Origin: Methylophilaceae bacterium
Lineage (GTDB): Bacteria; Pseudomonadota; Gammaproteobacteria; Burkholderiales; Methylophilaceae
NCBI GenBank assembly: GCA_017858095.1
Contig: JAFMCB010000004.1
Span: forward strand, 1,688-65,687
Length of the DNA stretch: 64,000 nt
Direction of reading: 5' to 3'
In this document: positions 42,493-54,098 of the stretch, in pieces
Layout: every line of letters starts with the position of its first letter
Numbering within the stretch: the first letter of the stretch is position 1
Made by a program: the position numbers and the translations under genes
The notes under the pieces: generated by a model
The model's input: the letters and a program-made list of their open reading frames with translations, nothing else
Databases searched by the model: none
What the model was told of the DNA's origin: nothing

Positions 42493-43521
42493 TTATAGCG
42501 CCAATGACTGCCATTGAATTTGATTACCCGCCATAAACGGAATTATTTCGCCCCCATCAAATTTAATCGACTTTGCTATGGTATTTTCGTTTTTTATTAG
42601 TTTTAGTTTTGTCTTATTTCTCGGTAATTGATAAAAATCTGCACCAAAAGTACTCGAAAAGTCCTCTAATTTATCAAGGGCATTATTTTTTTCAAAAATT
42701 TCTGCATAAAGCTCAATTGCCGTAGCGGCAGAATATACTCCGGCACATCCACACGCACTCTCTTTTTCCTGTCGCAAGTGTGGTGCGCTATCTGTGCCAA
42801 GAAAAAATTTTGGGTTCCCAGACACGGCTGCATTTAAAACTGCCTGCTGATGGGTGCTTCTTTTTAAAACCGGTAAACAATAATTATGTGGCTTAATGCC
42901 TCCTGATAAAAGGTCATTTCTATTCATCAGTATATGTTGCGGGGTAATAGTTGCGGCAACTTTGTGACTTGATTCGTTGACAAAACTTACGGCATCTTGC
43001 GTTGATATATGCTCAAAAACCACTCTTAAATTAGGAAAGTTTTTTGTAATACCGATCAAGTAATTATCAATAAAACTTTTTTCCCGATCAAAGACATCTA
43101 CATTTCTATCACTCACCTCGCCATGGATTAAAAGGGGCAAGTCTGTCTTCTCCATTGCTTCAAAAAGGTGATAACTGTCCTCGATTGATTTTAATCCCTT
43201 TGCTGAATTTGTAGTTACGCCGGCGGGATAAAGCTTAATTCCAATGATTATTGAAGAGTCACTTGCTTTTTTTATTTCATTTAACGTTAATTCATCCGTG
43301 AAATAAAGTGTCATCAAAGGTTCAAAAATTGTAGAAAACTTTTTGATTTCTTTGTAATAAACAGTGGCTTTTTCTACATCAACAACTGGATTTTTTAAAT
43401 TAGGCATTACAATCGCGCGTGCAAATTGTTTTTCTGTATCTTTTATAACGGCCTCTAATAATTTACCCTCCCTGAGGTGAAGGTGCATATCATCTGGTTT
43501 TGTAATAATTATTTCAGTCAT
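42493..43521 (-). CDS. pyrC: Dihydroorotase (homodimeric type)
   Basis: DMHLHLR, MPNL, KLYPAG, FLGTDSAPH. Confidence 0.97.
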   Translation of the reverse strand: MTEIIITKPDDMHLHLREGKLLEAVIKDTEKQFARAIVMPNLKNPVVDVEKATVYYKEIKKFSTIFEPLMTLYFTDELTLNEIKKASDSSIIIGIKLYPAGVTTNSAKGLKSIEDSYHLFEAMEKTDLPLLIHGEVSDRNVDVFDREKSFIDNYLIGITKNFPNLRVVFEHISTQDAVSFVNESSHKVAATITPQHILMNRNDLLSGGIKPHNYCLPVLKRSTHQQAVLNAAVSGNPKFFLGTDSAPHLRQEKESACGCAGVYSAATAIELYAEIFEKNNALDKLEDFSSTFGADFYQLPRNKTKLKLIKNENTIAKSIKFDGGEIIPFMAGNQIQWQSLAL

Positions 43522-44350
43522 TTTTTAATCTCAGGGCTAAATTATAAACTTCTTTTTTATTTTTATTGAATATTGCAGCCACAAGCCGAACGGATTGACT
43601 CAAAGGTAGCTCTTGCAAGATAATTTTTAGCGCATTTAAAATTTTTTCCTCACCCTCTTCAAGTTGTAAATTTGACGGGGTAATAATCAAAACAAACTCC
43701 CCTTTTACTTGTTCGCTATTTTTTTCATAGAATTGTATTAGTGTGTTTACAGAGTCTTTTTTAACACTTTCATACATTTTGGTTAATTCCCGTGCAATAA
43801 CAATTGTATGCTGCTCACCAAAAATATTTAAAATTTCATGCATGGTGCTTATGACTCTATTTGGTGACTCATAAATGATGGTTGTTTTATTACTTTTATA
43901 AACTTCCAATAGTTGCTCTTTTGCTTTTTTTTGCGAATTAGGTAAAAAACCATAAAATTGGAAATGATGATCAATTATGCCTGCAATTGAAAATGCAGAT
44001 ACCATTGCCGAGGCGCCAGGAATAGAAATTACTTTTTGTTTTGCCTCTAAAAATGAATTAACGAGAAATGCTCCAGGATCACTGATAGCGGGAGTACCTG
44101 CATCAGAAATATAAGCTATCGAGTGCCCTTTTTCACACAAATGAAGAATTTCATTCGCTTTATTTTTTTCATTATGTTGATGAATAGCAATTAATTTTTT
44201 ATTGATGCCATAAAAATTAAGTAATTTTTTTGAATGCCTTGTATCTTCGCAAACAATATAATCAACTGTTTTCAATGTCTCAATGGCGCGCATAGAAATA
44301 TCATTTAAATTTCCAATGGGAGTTGCTACAATATAAAGTGAAGATTCCAA
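43514..44350 (-). CDS. rsmI: 16S rRNA Cm1402 methyltransferase
   Basis: VATPIGNL, EDTR, SDAGTPAISDPG, RELTK, KGEF. Confidence 0.97.
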   Translation of the reverse strand: MESSLYIVATPIGNLNDISMRAIETLKTVDYIVCEDTRHSKKLLNFYGINKKLIAIHQHNEKNKANEILHLCEKGHSIAYISDAGTPAISDPGAFLVNSFLEAKQKVISIPGASAMVSAFSIAGIIDHHFQFYGFLPNSQKKAKEQLLEVYKSNKTTIIYESPNRVISTMHEILNIFGEQHTIVIARELTKMYESVKKDSVNTLIQFYEKNSEQVKGEFVLIITPSNLQLEEGEEKILNALKIILQELPLSQSVRLVAAIFNKNKKEVYNLALRLKND

Positions 44351-44394
44351 ATATATTTACTTTTAAAAATTTAAATAAAAGTTATAATTCAATA

Positions 44395-44979
44395 ATGCAT
44401 AAATCATACAGTTTTTTAATTCTCGTTGCTTTATTTATCACTCAATTAACAAGTTGCGCCGCTCCTGTTGTTGGAGGCCCGGTTGCCTATGCTGATCGCC
44501 GCAGTGCCGAGGTAATTTATATTGACCAAAAATTAGAATTCAAAACTATTTTAGAGACACAAGGTATCAATGAAAATGATAATTTAAGTTTTGTTAGTTT
44601 TAATCAAACTGTATTAATTACGGGAGAAGTTCCAACCGAAGAAGTTAAAAAAGAAGTTGAAAATGCAGTTAGGAATATTGAGGGGGTTAAAGAAATTAAA
44701 AATTACCTCTTGATTGGGATATCAAGTTCTCTAAAATCAAAGGCGTCCGACGCCATCACAACCTCAAATGTAGTCTCCAGATTATTTGTAAATGAATCTA
44801 AGTCAAAATTATCTCCATTACATGTAAAAGTCGTTACTGAAAGGCAAGAAGTATACTTAATGGGGTTGCTTAATTCTAAAGAAGTTGAAGATGCAATTAA
44901 AATAGCTAAATCATCTAAAGGGGTAAAAAAAGTAATCCCACTATTTGAAATCGACGATAAATATATAAATTCTTATTGA
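44395..44979 (+). CDS. dolP: Dual-BON-domain lipoprotein (DolP/YraP-like)
   Basis: Signal peptide ending LTSC, DRRS motif, two BON domains (VLITGEV, VYLMG); start set at ATG 44395. Confidence 0.8.
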   Translation: MHKSYSFLILVALFITQLTSCAAPVVGGPVAYADRRSAEVIYIDQKLEFKTILETQGINENDNLSFVSFNQTVLITGEVPTEEVKKEVENAVRNIEGVKEIKNYLLIGISSSLKSKASDAITTSNVVSRLFVNESKSKLSPLHVKVVTERQEVYLMGLLNSKEVEDAIKIAKSSKGVKKVIPLFEIDDKYINSY

Positions 44980-45004
44980 TATTCTTTTTTTAATGTTTTA
45001 GAAT
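44976..45004 (+). promoter_or_regulatory. Putative sigma70 promoter of trxA-rho
   Basis: TTGATA-17 nt-TAGAAT. Confidence 0.6.
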
Positions 45005-45046
45005 ACGCTTTATTACCCCCCTTAAATAAAATCAAAATAAAGTTTT

Positions 45047-45373
45047 ATGAGTAATTCCATCGTTCACCTTAGTGGTGAAACCTTTCAAAAAGAAGTTATC
45101 GAGTCAACTATCCCAGTTTTGGTAGATTATTGGGCCGAGTGGTGTGGGCCTTGTAAAATGATTGCACCCATTCTTGATGAATTGGTTGCTGAGTATGATG
45201 GAAAATTAAAGATTGCTAAACTTAATATTGACGAAAATCAAGAAATTCCCAGTAAATATGGAGTGCGAGGCATTCCTACTCTGATGATATTCAAAGACGG
45301 GAACCCTGAAGCAACCAAAGTTGGTGCTTTATCCAAATCTCAATTAACTGCTTTTATTGATAGCACGATCTAA
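45047..45373 (+). CDS. trxA: Thioredoxin
   Basis: WCGPC; upstream of rho. Confidence 0.98.
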   Translation: MSNSIVHLSGETFQKEVIESTIPVLVDYWAEWCGPCKMIAPILDELVAEYDGKLKIAKLNIDENQEIPSKYGVRGIPTLMIFKDGNPEATKVGALSKSQLTAFIDSTI

Positions 45374-45376
45374 ACT

Positions 45377-46636
45377 ATGCATCTATCTGATCTAAAACAC
45401 CTCCCTATTGCCGAATTAGTCGATATGGCCATCGCAGAAAAGATTGAAAATACAGGAAGGATGCGAAAGCAAGATCTTATTTTTGCGTTATTAAAAAATA
45501 AAGCAAAAAATGGGGATACACTGCAAGGTGAAGGCACCCTCGAAGTACTTTCTGATGGATTTGGTTTCCTAAGGTCTTCAGAAGCTTCCTACTTAGCAGG
45601 TCCAGACGATATTTATGTGTCGCCTTCACAAATTAGACGATTCAATCTTCACACTGGTGATACTATCTCTGGGGAAATAAGAACTCCCAAGGACAGTGAA
45701 AGATATTTTGCTTTAGTTAAAGTTGATAAAGTCAATAATGATGTTCCAGAAAACACCAAAAATAAAATACTCTTTGAAAATTTAACCCCTTTATTTCCAA
45801 ATGAATCGCTTATTCTGGAAAGAGACAAGGGTGGTGAAGAAAATTATACAAGTCGAATCATCGACATGATTTCACCAATTGGTAAAGGTCAGCGTGGCTT
45901 GATAGTCGCAAGTCCTAAAAGTGGTAAAACGGTAATGATGCAGAATATTGCCCATGCTATTACTGCAAATCATCCAGATGTTGAGCTTATAGTTTTATTA
46001 ATTGATGAGCGGCCAGAGGAAGTTACTGACATGGCACGTTCAGTTAAGGGAGAAGTTTTAGCCTCAACCTTTGATGAGCCGGCAACTCGACATGTTCAAG
46101 TTGCAGAAATGGTTCTAGAAAAAGCAAAAAGATTGGTTGAACATAAAAAAGACGTGGTTATCTTGCTCGATTCAATAACAAGACTTGCCAGAGCCTATAA
46201 TACCGTCATTCCATCCTCAGGAAAAGTTCTTACCGGTGGCGTAGATGCAAATGCGCTACAAAAACCAAAAAGATTTTTTGGAGCTGCTCGAAATGTTGAA
46301 GAAGGAGGCTCATTAACTATTTTAGCTACAGCTTTAGTTGAAACAGGCTCTCGTATGGACGATGTTATTTATGAAGAATTCAAAGGTACCGGTAATATGG
46401 AAATACACCTTGATCGACGAATGGCTGAAAAACGAATCTATCCGGCAATTAATGTAAATAAATCCGGTACCCGAAGAGAAGAATTGCTTATACTTCCTGA
46501 AGTATTACAAAAGATTTGGGTGCTTCGAAAACTACTCTACCCAATGGACGATTTGGAAGCAATGGAGTTTTTACTGGATAAAGTTAAATCCACGAAAAAT
46601 AATGATAATTTCTTTGACAGCATGCGGGGTGGATAA
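45377..46636 (+). CDS. rho: Transcription termination factor Rho
   Basis: [22 protein letters not shown]. Confidence 0.99.
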   Translation: MHLSDLKHLPIAELVDMAIAEKIENTGRMRKQDLIFALLKNKAKNGDTLQGEGTLEVLSDGFGFLRSSEASYLAGPDDIYVSPSQIRRFNLHTGDTISGEIRTPKDSERYFALVKVDKVNNDVPENTKNKILFENLTPLFPNESLILERDKGGEENYTSRIIDMISPIGKGQRGLIVASPKSGKTVMMQNIAHAITANHPDVELIVLLIDERPEEVTDMARSVKGEVLASTFDEPATRHVQVAEMVLEKAKRLVEHKKDVVILLDSITRLARAYNTVIPSSGKVLTGGVDANALQKPKRFFGAARNVEEGGSLTILATALVETGSRMDDVIYEEFKGTGNMEIHLDRRMAEKRIYPAINVNKSGTRREELLILPEVLQKIWVLRKLLYPMDDLEAMEFLLDKVKSTKNNDNFFDSMRGG

Positions 46637-46648
46637 AACCCATAGTTA

Positions 46649-46677
46649 TTGATTTTTTCCAATTTTTCCAACATAAT
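46649..46677 (+). promoter_or_regulatory. Putative sigma70 promoter of rpmE
   Basis: TTGATT-17 nt-CATAAT. Confidence 0.6.
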
Positions 46678-46707
46678 TACACCTCAATTTTTTAAGAAAC
46701 GATTAAA

Positions 46708-46908
46708 ATGAAAAAAGATTTACACCCTAATTACCCAGAAGTAAATGTCACCTGCAGTTGTGGCAATACTTTTAAAACACAATCTACAATTGGCAAAGAT
46801 CTTACTATTGAAGTTTGTTCTAAATGCCACCCTTTTTATACTGGAAAACAAAAAATTCTAGACACGGCTGGACGTGTTGAGAAATTCAAACAAAAGTATG
46901 GTATGTAA
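46708..46908 (+). CDS. rpmE: 50S ribosomal protein L31, zinc-binding (C+) form
   Basis: [21 protein letters not shown]. Confidence 0.97.
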   Translation: MKKDLHPNYPEVNVTCSCGNTFKTQSTIGKDLTIEVCSKCHPFYTGKQKILDTAGRVEKFKQKYGM

Positions 46909-46923
46909 TTATTTTTAAAATAC

Positions 46924-46951
46924 AAAAAAGGCAGCTTAGCTGCCTTTTTTT
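46924..46951 (+). terminator. Intrinsic terminator after rpmE
   Basis: GGCAGC-TTA-GCTGCC followed by T7. Confidence 0.88.
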
Positions 46952-46968
46952 ATATATGATTACAATAT

Positions 46969-48603
46969 ATGAAATATGATCTTGAGCATGATTGGCAAGG
47001 CAATATGTCCACTCCAAGAAAAAACCTTGGAGATAAAACAAAATTCAATCTGTTTATCGCTCTTGCTATAATTTGGGCAGCTTTTGGACTTATTGGCCAT
47101 GATCCATGGGCCCCGCAAGAATCTAAAACAATTAGCCAAATTGTAACCATTATTTACAATGGTGAATTTATCGCACCCACAGAAGCAAGCAGCAATAGCT
47201 TAACAACCCCGCCATTGTATGCTTTAACAGCCTCACTTTTTGTTAAAATTTTTACCCCATTTCTAGACTTTCATGATGCGGCACGATTATCAAATATCTT
47301 ATGGCTCGCTTTGACTCTTTTAGCAATAGGGATGAGTGCGCGTGAACTTTTAGGAAGAGGGTTTGGTAGGCAAGCGGGTTTAATTTTTATTGCATCCATT
47401 GGCCTTATATTAAATGTTCACACGCTAACACCCGAAGTGGCTACATTGTCAGGTTTTGCATTAAGCTTTTATAGTTGCACTTTATATTATAGACGGCCTT
47501 TTCGATCTAGTATTCTATTGGGCATGGGGCTAAGTATTGTTTTTCTAACAGGTGGATTCTTACCATTACTTTCTATTATTTTTTGTTTAGGCTGCTTATA
47601 CCTTTTGACTGATTGGCAAAACAAACGATATTTAACTTATTTAATGCTATCGAGCATGATTGCATTAACCTTTATTTTTCCTTGGTTAATAACTTTTAAA
47701 AAAATAAGTCCTGAATTATTTTCATTGTGGTTACAACAACCGATTTTTAATAATTCTTCATCATTCAAATACATTTTTGAGGGTATTTCATGGTTTACCT
47801 GGCCAGCTTTACCGCTAGTTATATGGGTAATATGTAAAAATTATAAAACGTGTTTCTTGGATAAAAAATTTTCTTTACCAATAGTTTTTAGCCTGATATA
47901 TCTAATTTTAATTGCTTTTAGTTATAGGCAAGATCAAATTAATTTAATGCCATTTCTTATCCCATTTTCAATATTAGGAGTGGGTGCCATTGACAATCTT
48001 AAGAGAGGGGCTGCCAGTGCACTGAATTGGTTTGGCATACTGATTTTTGGTTTTATTGGAATAATTATCTGGGTGGGGTGGTTTGCTTCCATTACTACAT
48101 TTCCAAATGATCTCTATCAAAGAATTTATGAGGCATCGGCAAATTATAGTAACCAATTCTATTTCTTAAATTTTATAGTCGCATTAACAATGTCGAGTTT
48201 ATGGATTTTTTATATCATTAAATCAAAAATCACTAATCGCTCTATGATTAGTAATTGGGCAATTGGTGTAACGATGATTTGGGTTATCTTTATAATGTTA
48301 TGGGGTGATGCAGTGAACAATCGCAAAAGTATGAAAAATTTATTTAGTGAAATGAAGCCGCATTTAGTCCAATCTTCGAGTTGTTTGTATTCGCAATATT
48401 TAACTCACAGCCAAATAGATCTCTTCCATTACTACACGAAAATAAAACCCATTAATTATTCAAAAGATATTGATGTGTGTAAGTTAGCATTAATAGCGCT
48501 TAAGGGAGATAATGAAACGCCGGCAGAATTTAAAGATTGGCGTGAATTATGGACAGGAAAGCGACCTAAAGATAAATTTTATTTCGTTCTGCTGGGAAAA
48601 TAA
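46969..48603 (+). CDS. ArnT/PMT-like (GT-C fold) membrane glycosyltransferase
   Basis: GHDPW..QE, PPLY, WFTWPALP, many TM segments; commonly follows rpmE in betaproteobacteria. Confidence 0.75.
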   Translation: MKYDLEHDWQGNMSTPRKNLGDKTKFNLFIALAIIWAAFGLIGHDPWAPQESKTISQIVTIIYNGEFIAPTEASSNSLTTPPLYALTASLFVKIFTPFLDFHDAARLSNILWLALTLLAIGMSARELLGRGFGRQAGLIFIASIGLILNVHTLTPEVATLSGFALSFYSCTLYYRRPFRSSILLGMGLSIVFLTGGFLPLLSIIFCLGCLYLLTDWQNKRYLTYLMLSSMIALTFIFPWLITFKKISPELFSLWLQQPIFNNSSSFKYIFEGISWFTWPALPLVIWVICKNYKTCFLDKKFSLPIVFSLIYLILIAFSYRQDQINLMPFLIPFSILGVGAIDNLKRGAASALNWFGILIFGFIGIIIWVGWFASITTFPNDLYQRIYEASANYSNQFYFLNFIVALTMSSLWIFYIIKSKITNRSMISNWAIGVTMIWVIFIMLWGDAVNNRKSMKNLFSEMKPHLVQSSSCLYSQYLTHSQIDLFHYYTKIKPINYSKDIDVCKLALIALKGDNETPAEFKDWRELWTGKRPKDKFYFVLLGK

Positions 48604-48604
48604 C

Positions 48605-48817
48605 CTACAAATATTTTCTAATTGCTTCTGCAACATCGCTATGAAGATCATTTGATTTTTTTGATTCAACCAAATCTTTTATCAATTCCCGCATATCTGG
48701 TGCCCAAAACTTTCTTAAATGCGTAGCAATTTCTTTTTGTGCATAATCTTGGTCAGGATAGCTTTTAAAAAAGTCTCCAATTTGATTCGCCATTACGATT
48801 AAATGATCAATTTTCAT
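48605..48817 (-). CDS. fdsD: Formate dehydrogenase delta subunit
   Basis: MANQIGDFF, HLRKFWAPDMR. Confidence 0.93.
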   Translation of the reverse strand: MKIDHLIVMANQIGDFFKSYPDQDYAQKEIATHLRKFWAPDMRELIKDLVESKKSNDLHSDVAEAIRKYL

Positions 48818-48828
48818 AGGTCGAAATG

Positions 48829-49653
48829 TTACCTTGTTATTCGATGTTCATGTGAATAAATATTAAATTTTTTACTTCTAGCAAAACCAAGAAGAGTGAT
48901 CTCTAAGTTTTCAGCTAATCTTACAGCTAAAGCGGTTGGTGCTGATATCGCCACTAAAAGGGGTAAATCTAAATAAGCAAATTTTTGAATCATTTCATAA
49001 CTTGCGCGACTTGAGATAAGGATAAAATCGTCAGCTGATAATTTTTTTCCTAGTAAAATTGCACCAATTAATTTATCTAACGCGTTGTGCCTTCCAACAT
49101 CCTCCCGAATTAATTTAATTTCTCCCTCGGCTGAACAAAGCGCGCATGCATGTGTAGCCCCTGTTGTTGACTGAATTTCTTGTTTGGATGCAAATATTTC
49201 CATTGCCTTTGAAATTTTTTCTGCAGAGAAAGTATGTGAATTATTAATTTTATTTTCAGGTAAATTAATGACTTGATTGAGACTTTCCGCGCCACATAAA
49301 CCACAACCGGTTCGACCAGTAAGATTGCGTCTTACCTCTTTGAGTTTTTCAAAGCACTCCGTGCTTATATTTATTTCTAGCTCTACGCCATTATTACTTT
49401 TAACAACATTAACTGAATATATGTCATCTATTGAAGAGACAATTTTTTCTGTTATTGCAAAACCATGAGCAAAATCATTAAAATCGGCGGGGCTTGCCAT
49501 CATAACAACATGTGATATTCCATTGAAAACCATTGCCACTGGTGTTTCTTCTGCTAAATATTCTTGAACGGGCTGTTTCGGTAAACTACTCTTAGAAATT
49601 TTTACTTCAAAGATTGATTTATCAGATTGAATAAGTGTCTGTGATTTCACCAA
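48829..49653 (-). CDS. fdhD: Formate dehydrogenase sulfurtransferase FdhD/FdsC
   Basis: CGLCG, TGATHA, REDVGRHNALDK. Confidence 0.95.
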   Translation of the reverse strand: MVKSQTLIQSDKSIFEVKISKSSLPKQPVQEYLAEETPVAMVFNGISHVVMMASPADFNDFAHGFAITEKIVSSIDDIYSVNVVKSNNGVELEINISTECFEKLKEVRRNLTGRTGCGLCGAESLNQVINLPENKINNSHTFSAEKISKAMEIFASKQEIQSTTGATHACALCSAEGEIKLIREDVGRHNALDKLIGAILLGKKLSADDFILISSRASYEMIQKFAYLDLPLLVAISAPTALAVRLAENLEITLLGFARSKKFNIYSHEHRITR

Positions 49654-49658
49654 AAAAC

Positions 49659-52502
49659 CTAATCAACTTTTTCAGTGCCTTCGTCCACAAACTTTATTTG
49701 TTTTTCACTAAAATCTTTATAATGTTTTTGCCATTCTGAAAGTTGTGACACTTTGGATACTTGCACAGCAGTGACTTTAAACTCTGGGCAGTTCGTAGCC
49801 CAATCAGAATTCTCTGTTGTAATCACATTAGCACCTGATTCTGGATGATGGAAGGTGGTGTAGACAACCCCCGGTTGCACTCTTTCAGTAATTTTTGCTC
49901 TTAACACCGTGTCTCCAGCGCGACTCGTAATGCCAATCCAATCATTTTCTTGAATTCCCCGTTCCTCAGCATCATGTGGATGAATTTCTACCACATCTTC
50001 ACTATGCCAACTACTGTTTTTAGTTCTTCTAGTTTGCGCACCAACGTTATATTGCGACAATATTCTGCCGGTTGTCATAATTAGCGGAAATTTTGCATTT
50101 ACTTTTTCTGTTGTTGGTATGTATTCTGTAATAAAGAATTTACCTTGACCACGGACGAATTCATCGATGTGCATGGTGGGCGTTCCCTCTGGTGACTCAT
50201 CATTACATGGCCACTGGATACTACCTAAGCGATCAAGTTTCTCAAAACTGACTCCTTTAAATGTTGGCATCATTGCAGCGACCTCATCCATAATCTCGCT
50301 GGCATGCTTATAATTCATTGGGTAGCCTAGGGCGTTTGATAACATTTGCGTTATTTCCCAGTCTTCATAACCATTTTTTGGCTGCATAACTTTTCTGACA
50401 GGTGATATTCGTCTTTCAGCATTGGTAAATGTTCCATTTTTTTCAAGGAATGATGAACCTGGCAAGAAAACATGAGCATACATTGCTGTTTCATTAAGGA
50501 ACAAGTCTTGCACAATGACACATTCCATCGATTCTAATGCATGTGTCACATGCTGGGTATTAGGGTCTGATTGAGCAATATCCTCACCCTCACAATAAAG
50601 CGCTTTAAATTTTCCAGCTATGGCTTCATCAAGCATATTAGGTATTCTTAAACCAGGCTCCCCTTGTAATTTAACATTCCATGCCTTCTCAAAACTCGTT
50701 CTGGTTTCATCATCGGAAACATGTCGATAACCGGGAAATTCATGTGGGAAAGAACCCATATCGCATGAGCCTTGAACATTATTTTGACCTCTTAAAGGAT
50801 TCACGCCAACTCCCTCTCGACCGATATTTCCAGTAGCCATCGCTAAGTTTGCGATCGCCATCACCATTGTTGAACCTTGGCTATGCTCTGTAACACCGAG
50901 CCCATAATATATGGCACCATTTTTTTCTTGTGCAAATAGGCGGGCTGCTTGACGAATAGTACTTGCTGGGATGCCTGTCTCACTTTCTAAAGTTTCGGGT
51001 GAATTTTTTTCATCAATAATAAAGTCGTGCCAGAATTTAAATGCATCGGGCTCACATCGCTCTTGAATAAACGTTTCATCCATCAAACCTTCCTGCGCTA
51101 TTACATGGGATATAGCGTTGATCGTCGCCACATTGGTACCTGGCTTAAGTTTCAGATGATAATCAGCTTTTATGTGCACGGAATTGTTAACCAAATCAAT
51201 TTCTCTTGGATCCACAATAATAAGTTTAGCGCCCTCTCTGAGTCTGCGCTTCATTTGCGAAGCAAAAACAGGGTGGCCATCGGTTGGATTTGCGCCAATA
51301 ATCATAATCACATCTGATTTCATAACCGAGTCAAAGTTTTGCGTGCCGGCAGACTCGCCCAGTGTCTGTTTTAATCCGTAACCTGTAGGTGAATGGCAAA
51401 CACGAGCGCAGGTATCAATATTATTATTACCAAATCCGGCACGTGCTAATTTTTGTACAACCCAAACTTCCTCGTTGGTACATCTTGATGAAGAAATGGC
51501 TCCGGCAGAGTTAATGCCGTATTTTTTTTGAATGCGCTTAATTTCAGATGCTGCATATGAAATGGCTTCTTCCCAGCTCACTTTTTGCCAAGGATCTTTG
51601 ATGCTTTTTCTGATCATGGGCGTTGTAATGCGGTCTTGATGAGTGGTGTAGCCCCAAGCAAAGCGTCCTTTAACACAAGAATGGCCATGATTGGCACCAC
51701 CATTTTTATTCGGCGTCATTCGGACAACTTGATCACCTTGAATTTCAGCGTTAAATGAGCAACCCACACCACAATACGCACAAGTTGTAGTTACATGCCT
51801 ATCTGGAATTCCTTGTTCAATGATTGAGTTCTCAATTAATGTCGCTGTTGGGCAAGCTTGCACACATGCTCCACATGACACGCATTCCGAATCCATGAAA
51901 TCTTTATTTCCTGCAGATACTTTGGATTCAAAACCACGGCCATCAATGGTTAGCGCAAAAGTACCTTGCACTTCTTCACAAGCGCGAACACATCGTGAAC
52001 AGACAATGCATTTCGATGGATCAAAGGTAAAATACGGGTTGGATTCATCTTTAATAGCATCTAAATGATTTTCACCCTCATAACCGTAACGCACATCCCT
52101 TAAACCAACTCGTCCAGCCATATCTTGCAACTCACAATCACCATTGGTTGCGCAAGTTAAGCAATCTAATGGGTGATCTGAGATATAGAGCTCCATCACT
52201 CCTCTTCGAAGATCCTCAAGTTTTGGTGTTTCTGTTTTAACCTCTATTCCTTCAGCTACCGGCGTAGTGCATGAGGCTGGATAGCCACGTCGCCCTTCAA
52301 TTTCAACCAAACATAAGCGACATGAGCCAAATGGGTCAAGGTTGTCAGTGGCACATAATTTTGGCACATTTATGCCTGCTTCGGCAGCAGCCCGCATGAT
52401 TGAGGTGCCTTCAGGCACGCTCACAGACAAACCGTTAATTTTTAAATTAACCAGTTTCTCTTTTAAACTTTTTGGCGTGCCAAAATCTTTAGTGTCATCC
52501 AT
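49659..52502 (-). CDS. fdsA: NAD-dependent Mo-formate dehydrogenase alpha subunit
   Basis: N-terminal Fe-S domains, CAYCGVGC, catalytic CARVCH (Cys), PLRGQNNVQG. Confidence 0.96.
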   Translation of the reverse strand: MDDTKDFGTPKSLKEKLVNLKINGLSVSVPEGTSIMRAAAEAGINVPKLCATDNLDPFGSCRLCLVEIEGRRGYPASCTTPVAEGIEVKTETPKLEDLRRGVMELYISDHPLDCLTCATNGDCELQDMAGRVGLRDVRYGYEGENHLDAIKDESNPYFTFDPSKCIVCSRCVRACEEVQGTFALTIDGRGFESKVSAGNKDFMDSECVSCGACVQACPTATLIENSIIEQGIPDRHVTTTCAYCGVGCSFNAEIQGDQVVRMTPNKNGGANHGHSCVKGRFAWGYTTHQDRITTPMIRKSIKDPWQKVSWEEAISYAASEIKRIQKKYGINSAGAISSSRCTNEEVWVVQKLARAGFGNNNIDTCARVCHSPTGYGLKQTLGESAGTQNFDSVMKSDVIMIIGANPTDGHPVFASQMKRRLREGAKLIIVDPREIDLVNNSVHIKADYHLKLKPGTNVATINAISHVIAQEGLMDETFIQERCEPDAFKFWHDFIIDEKNSPETLESETGIPASTIRQAARLFAQEKNGAIYYGLGVTEHSQGSTMVMAIANLAMATGNIGREGVGVNPLRGQNNVQGSCDMGSFPHEFPGYRHVSDDETRTSFEKAWNVKLQGEPGLRIPNMLDEAIAGKFKALYCEGEDIAQSDPNTQHVTHALESMECVIVQDLFLNETAMYAHVFLPGSSFLEKNGTFTNAERRISPVRKVMQPKNGYEDWEITQMLSNALGYPMNYKHASEIMDEVAAMMPTFKGVSFEKLDRLGSIQWPCNDESPEGTPTMHIDEFVRGQGKFFITEYIPTTEKVNAKFPLIMTTGRILSQYNVGAQTRRTKNSSWHSEDVVEIHPHDAEERGIQENDWIGITSRAGDTVLRAKITERVQPGVVYTTFHHPESGANVITTENSDWATNCPEFKVTAVQVSKVSQLSEWQKHYKDFSEKQIKFVDEGTEKVD

Positions 52503-52544
52503 TTGTCGCTATAACCCATTAATTTTATTAATTATTTCCACAGT

Positions 52545-54098
52545 TTAAGCCTTCGCATCAGTCTTTTCAAGACCAAAATCCTTTGGAAAGAAATTTAATG
52601 CACTGATTACCGGAAATGGTGTCATGCCTCCCATCGCACATAGCGAACCATGCACCATGGTTTCCGCTAAATCACGTAACAATTTTTCATTTTTTTCCAC
52701 CTCAACACCTGACTTTATCTTGTCTATAACTTCCATGCCTCGAGTCGATCCAATTCGACAAGGGGTGCATTTTCCACAAGACTCAATCGCACAAAATTCA
52801 AAGGAATAACGTGCCATCTTTGCCATATCCACGCTATCATCGAAGGCAACAATCCCGCCATGGCCTACAACAGCATTAACTTTAGCGAACGTCTCATAAT
52901 CAAGGGGCATATCAAATTGCGACTCAGGAATAAAAGCTCCTAACGGGCCACCGACTTGAACTGCCTTAATGGGTTTGCCTGTCGCCGAACCTTCACCATA
53001 ATCATAAAGAAGTTCACGTAACGTAATACCAAATGCTTTTTCTATTAAGCCGGTTTTTTTTAAATTGCCCGCAAGTTGAATCGGTAGGGTGCCTTTTGAA
53101 CGCCCCATGCCATAATCTGCGTAGTATTTTGCCCCTTTATCTAAAATAATAGGTATCGTAGCCAACGAGATTACATTGTTCACTACTGTGGGTTTGCCAT
53201 AAAGCCCTTCAATTGCGGGAAGTGGTGGTTTGTATCGAACCATGCCTCGCTTGCCTTCTAAACTTTCAAGTAATGATGTTTCTTCACCACAAATATAGGC
53301 CCCTGCAGCACGGGTAACCTCTAATTCAAAATTAAAATCTGTACCCAATACTTTTTTACCAAGGTAGCCCTTTTCTTTTGCAATATTGATGGCTTGATTT
53401 AACACCTTTAATGCATCTGGGTATTCTGAGCGTAAATAAATATATCCTTGATCGGCACCCACCGCGATTCCAGCGATAATCATGCCCTCAATCAAAACGA
53501 AAGGATCATTCTCCATGATCATGCGATCAGAATAAGTACCTGAATCACCCTCATCCGCATTACAAACAATGTATTTTTTTTCACCTGGGGTATCAAGAAC
53601 GGTTTGCCATTTAATGCCGGTTGGGAATGCAGCACCCCCTCTTCCTCTTAAACCCGATTCCGTGACAATTTTAACAATTTCGTTTGGCTTTAAATTAATT
53701 GCATTTTTAAGGCCTTGAAATCCATCTAGCTTTTCGTATTCCTCAATATTAATTGGATCTGTAATACCTGCCCGAGCAAAAGTTAAACGTTCTTGATTCT
53801 TTAACCAGGTAATTTCTTCGGTAAGTCCATGACTAAGAGAATGAACTTTGCCAAGATAAAACTCAGCATCAAAAAGTGACGGCACATCATCAATGGTCAC
53901 AGGCCCATATGCTATGCGACCCTGACTCGTTTCAACTTCAATCATAGGTTCTAACCAGAATAAACCTCGGGAACCATTACGAACAATCTGTAAATTAATT
54001 TTTCTTTGGCTGGCTTCATCTTGAATCGCTTTATAAACATCATCAGCCCCTAATGAAAGAGCGGTTGAATCAATAGGAATGTATATTTTATAGCTCAT
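52545..54098 (-). CDS. fdsB: Formate dehydrogenase beta subunit (NuoF-like, FMN/NAD)
   Basis: [38 protein letters not shown]. Confidence 0.95.
   Translation of the reverse strand: MSYKIYIPIDSTALSLGADDVYKAIQDEASQRKINLQIVRNGSRGLFWLEPMIEVETSQGRIAYGPVTIDDVPSLFDAEFYLGKVHSLSHGLTEEITWLKNQERLTFARAGITDPINIEEYEKLDGFQGLKNAINLKPNEIVKIVTESGLRGRGGAAFPTGIKWQTVLDTPGEKKYIVCNADEGDSGTYSDRMIMENDPFVLIEGMIIAGIAVGADQGYIYLRSEYPDALKVLNQAINIAKEKGYLGKKVLGTDFNFELEVTRAAGAYICGEETSLLESLEGKRGMVRYKPPLPAIEGLYGKPTVVNNVISLATIPIILDKGAKYYADYGMGRSKGTLPIQLAGNLKKTGLIEKAFGITLRELLYDYGEGSATGKPIKAVQVGGPLGAFIPESQFDMPLDYETFAKVNAVVGHGGIVAFDDSVDMAKMARYSFEFCAIESCGKCTPCRIGSTRGMEVIDKIKSGVEVEKNEKLLRDLAETMVHGSLCAMGGMTPFPVISALNFFPKDFGLEKTDAKA

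Noticed and set aside
51380-51420. Possible selenocysteine recoding in the FDH alpha subunit
   Set aside because: Active site reads CARVCH with a Cys codon and there is no in-frame TGA
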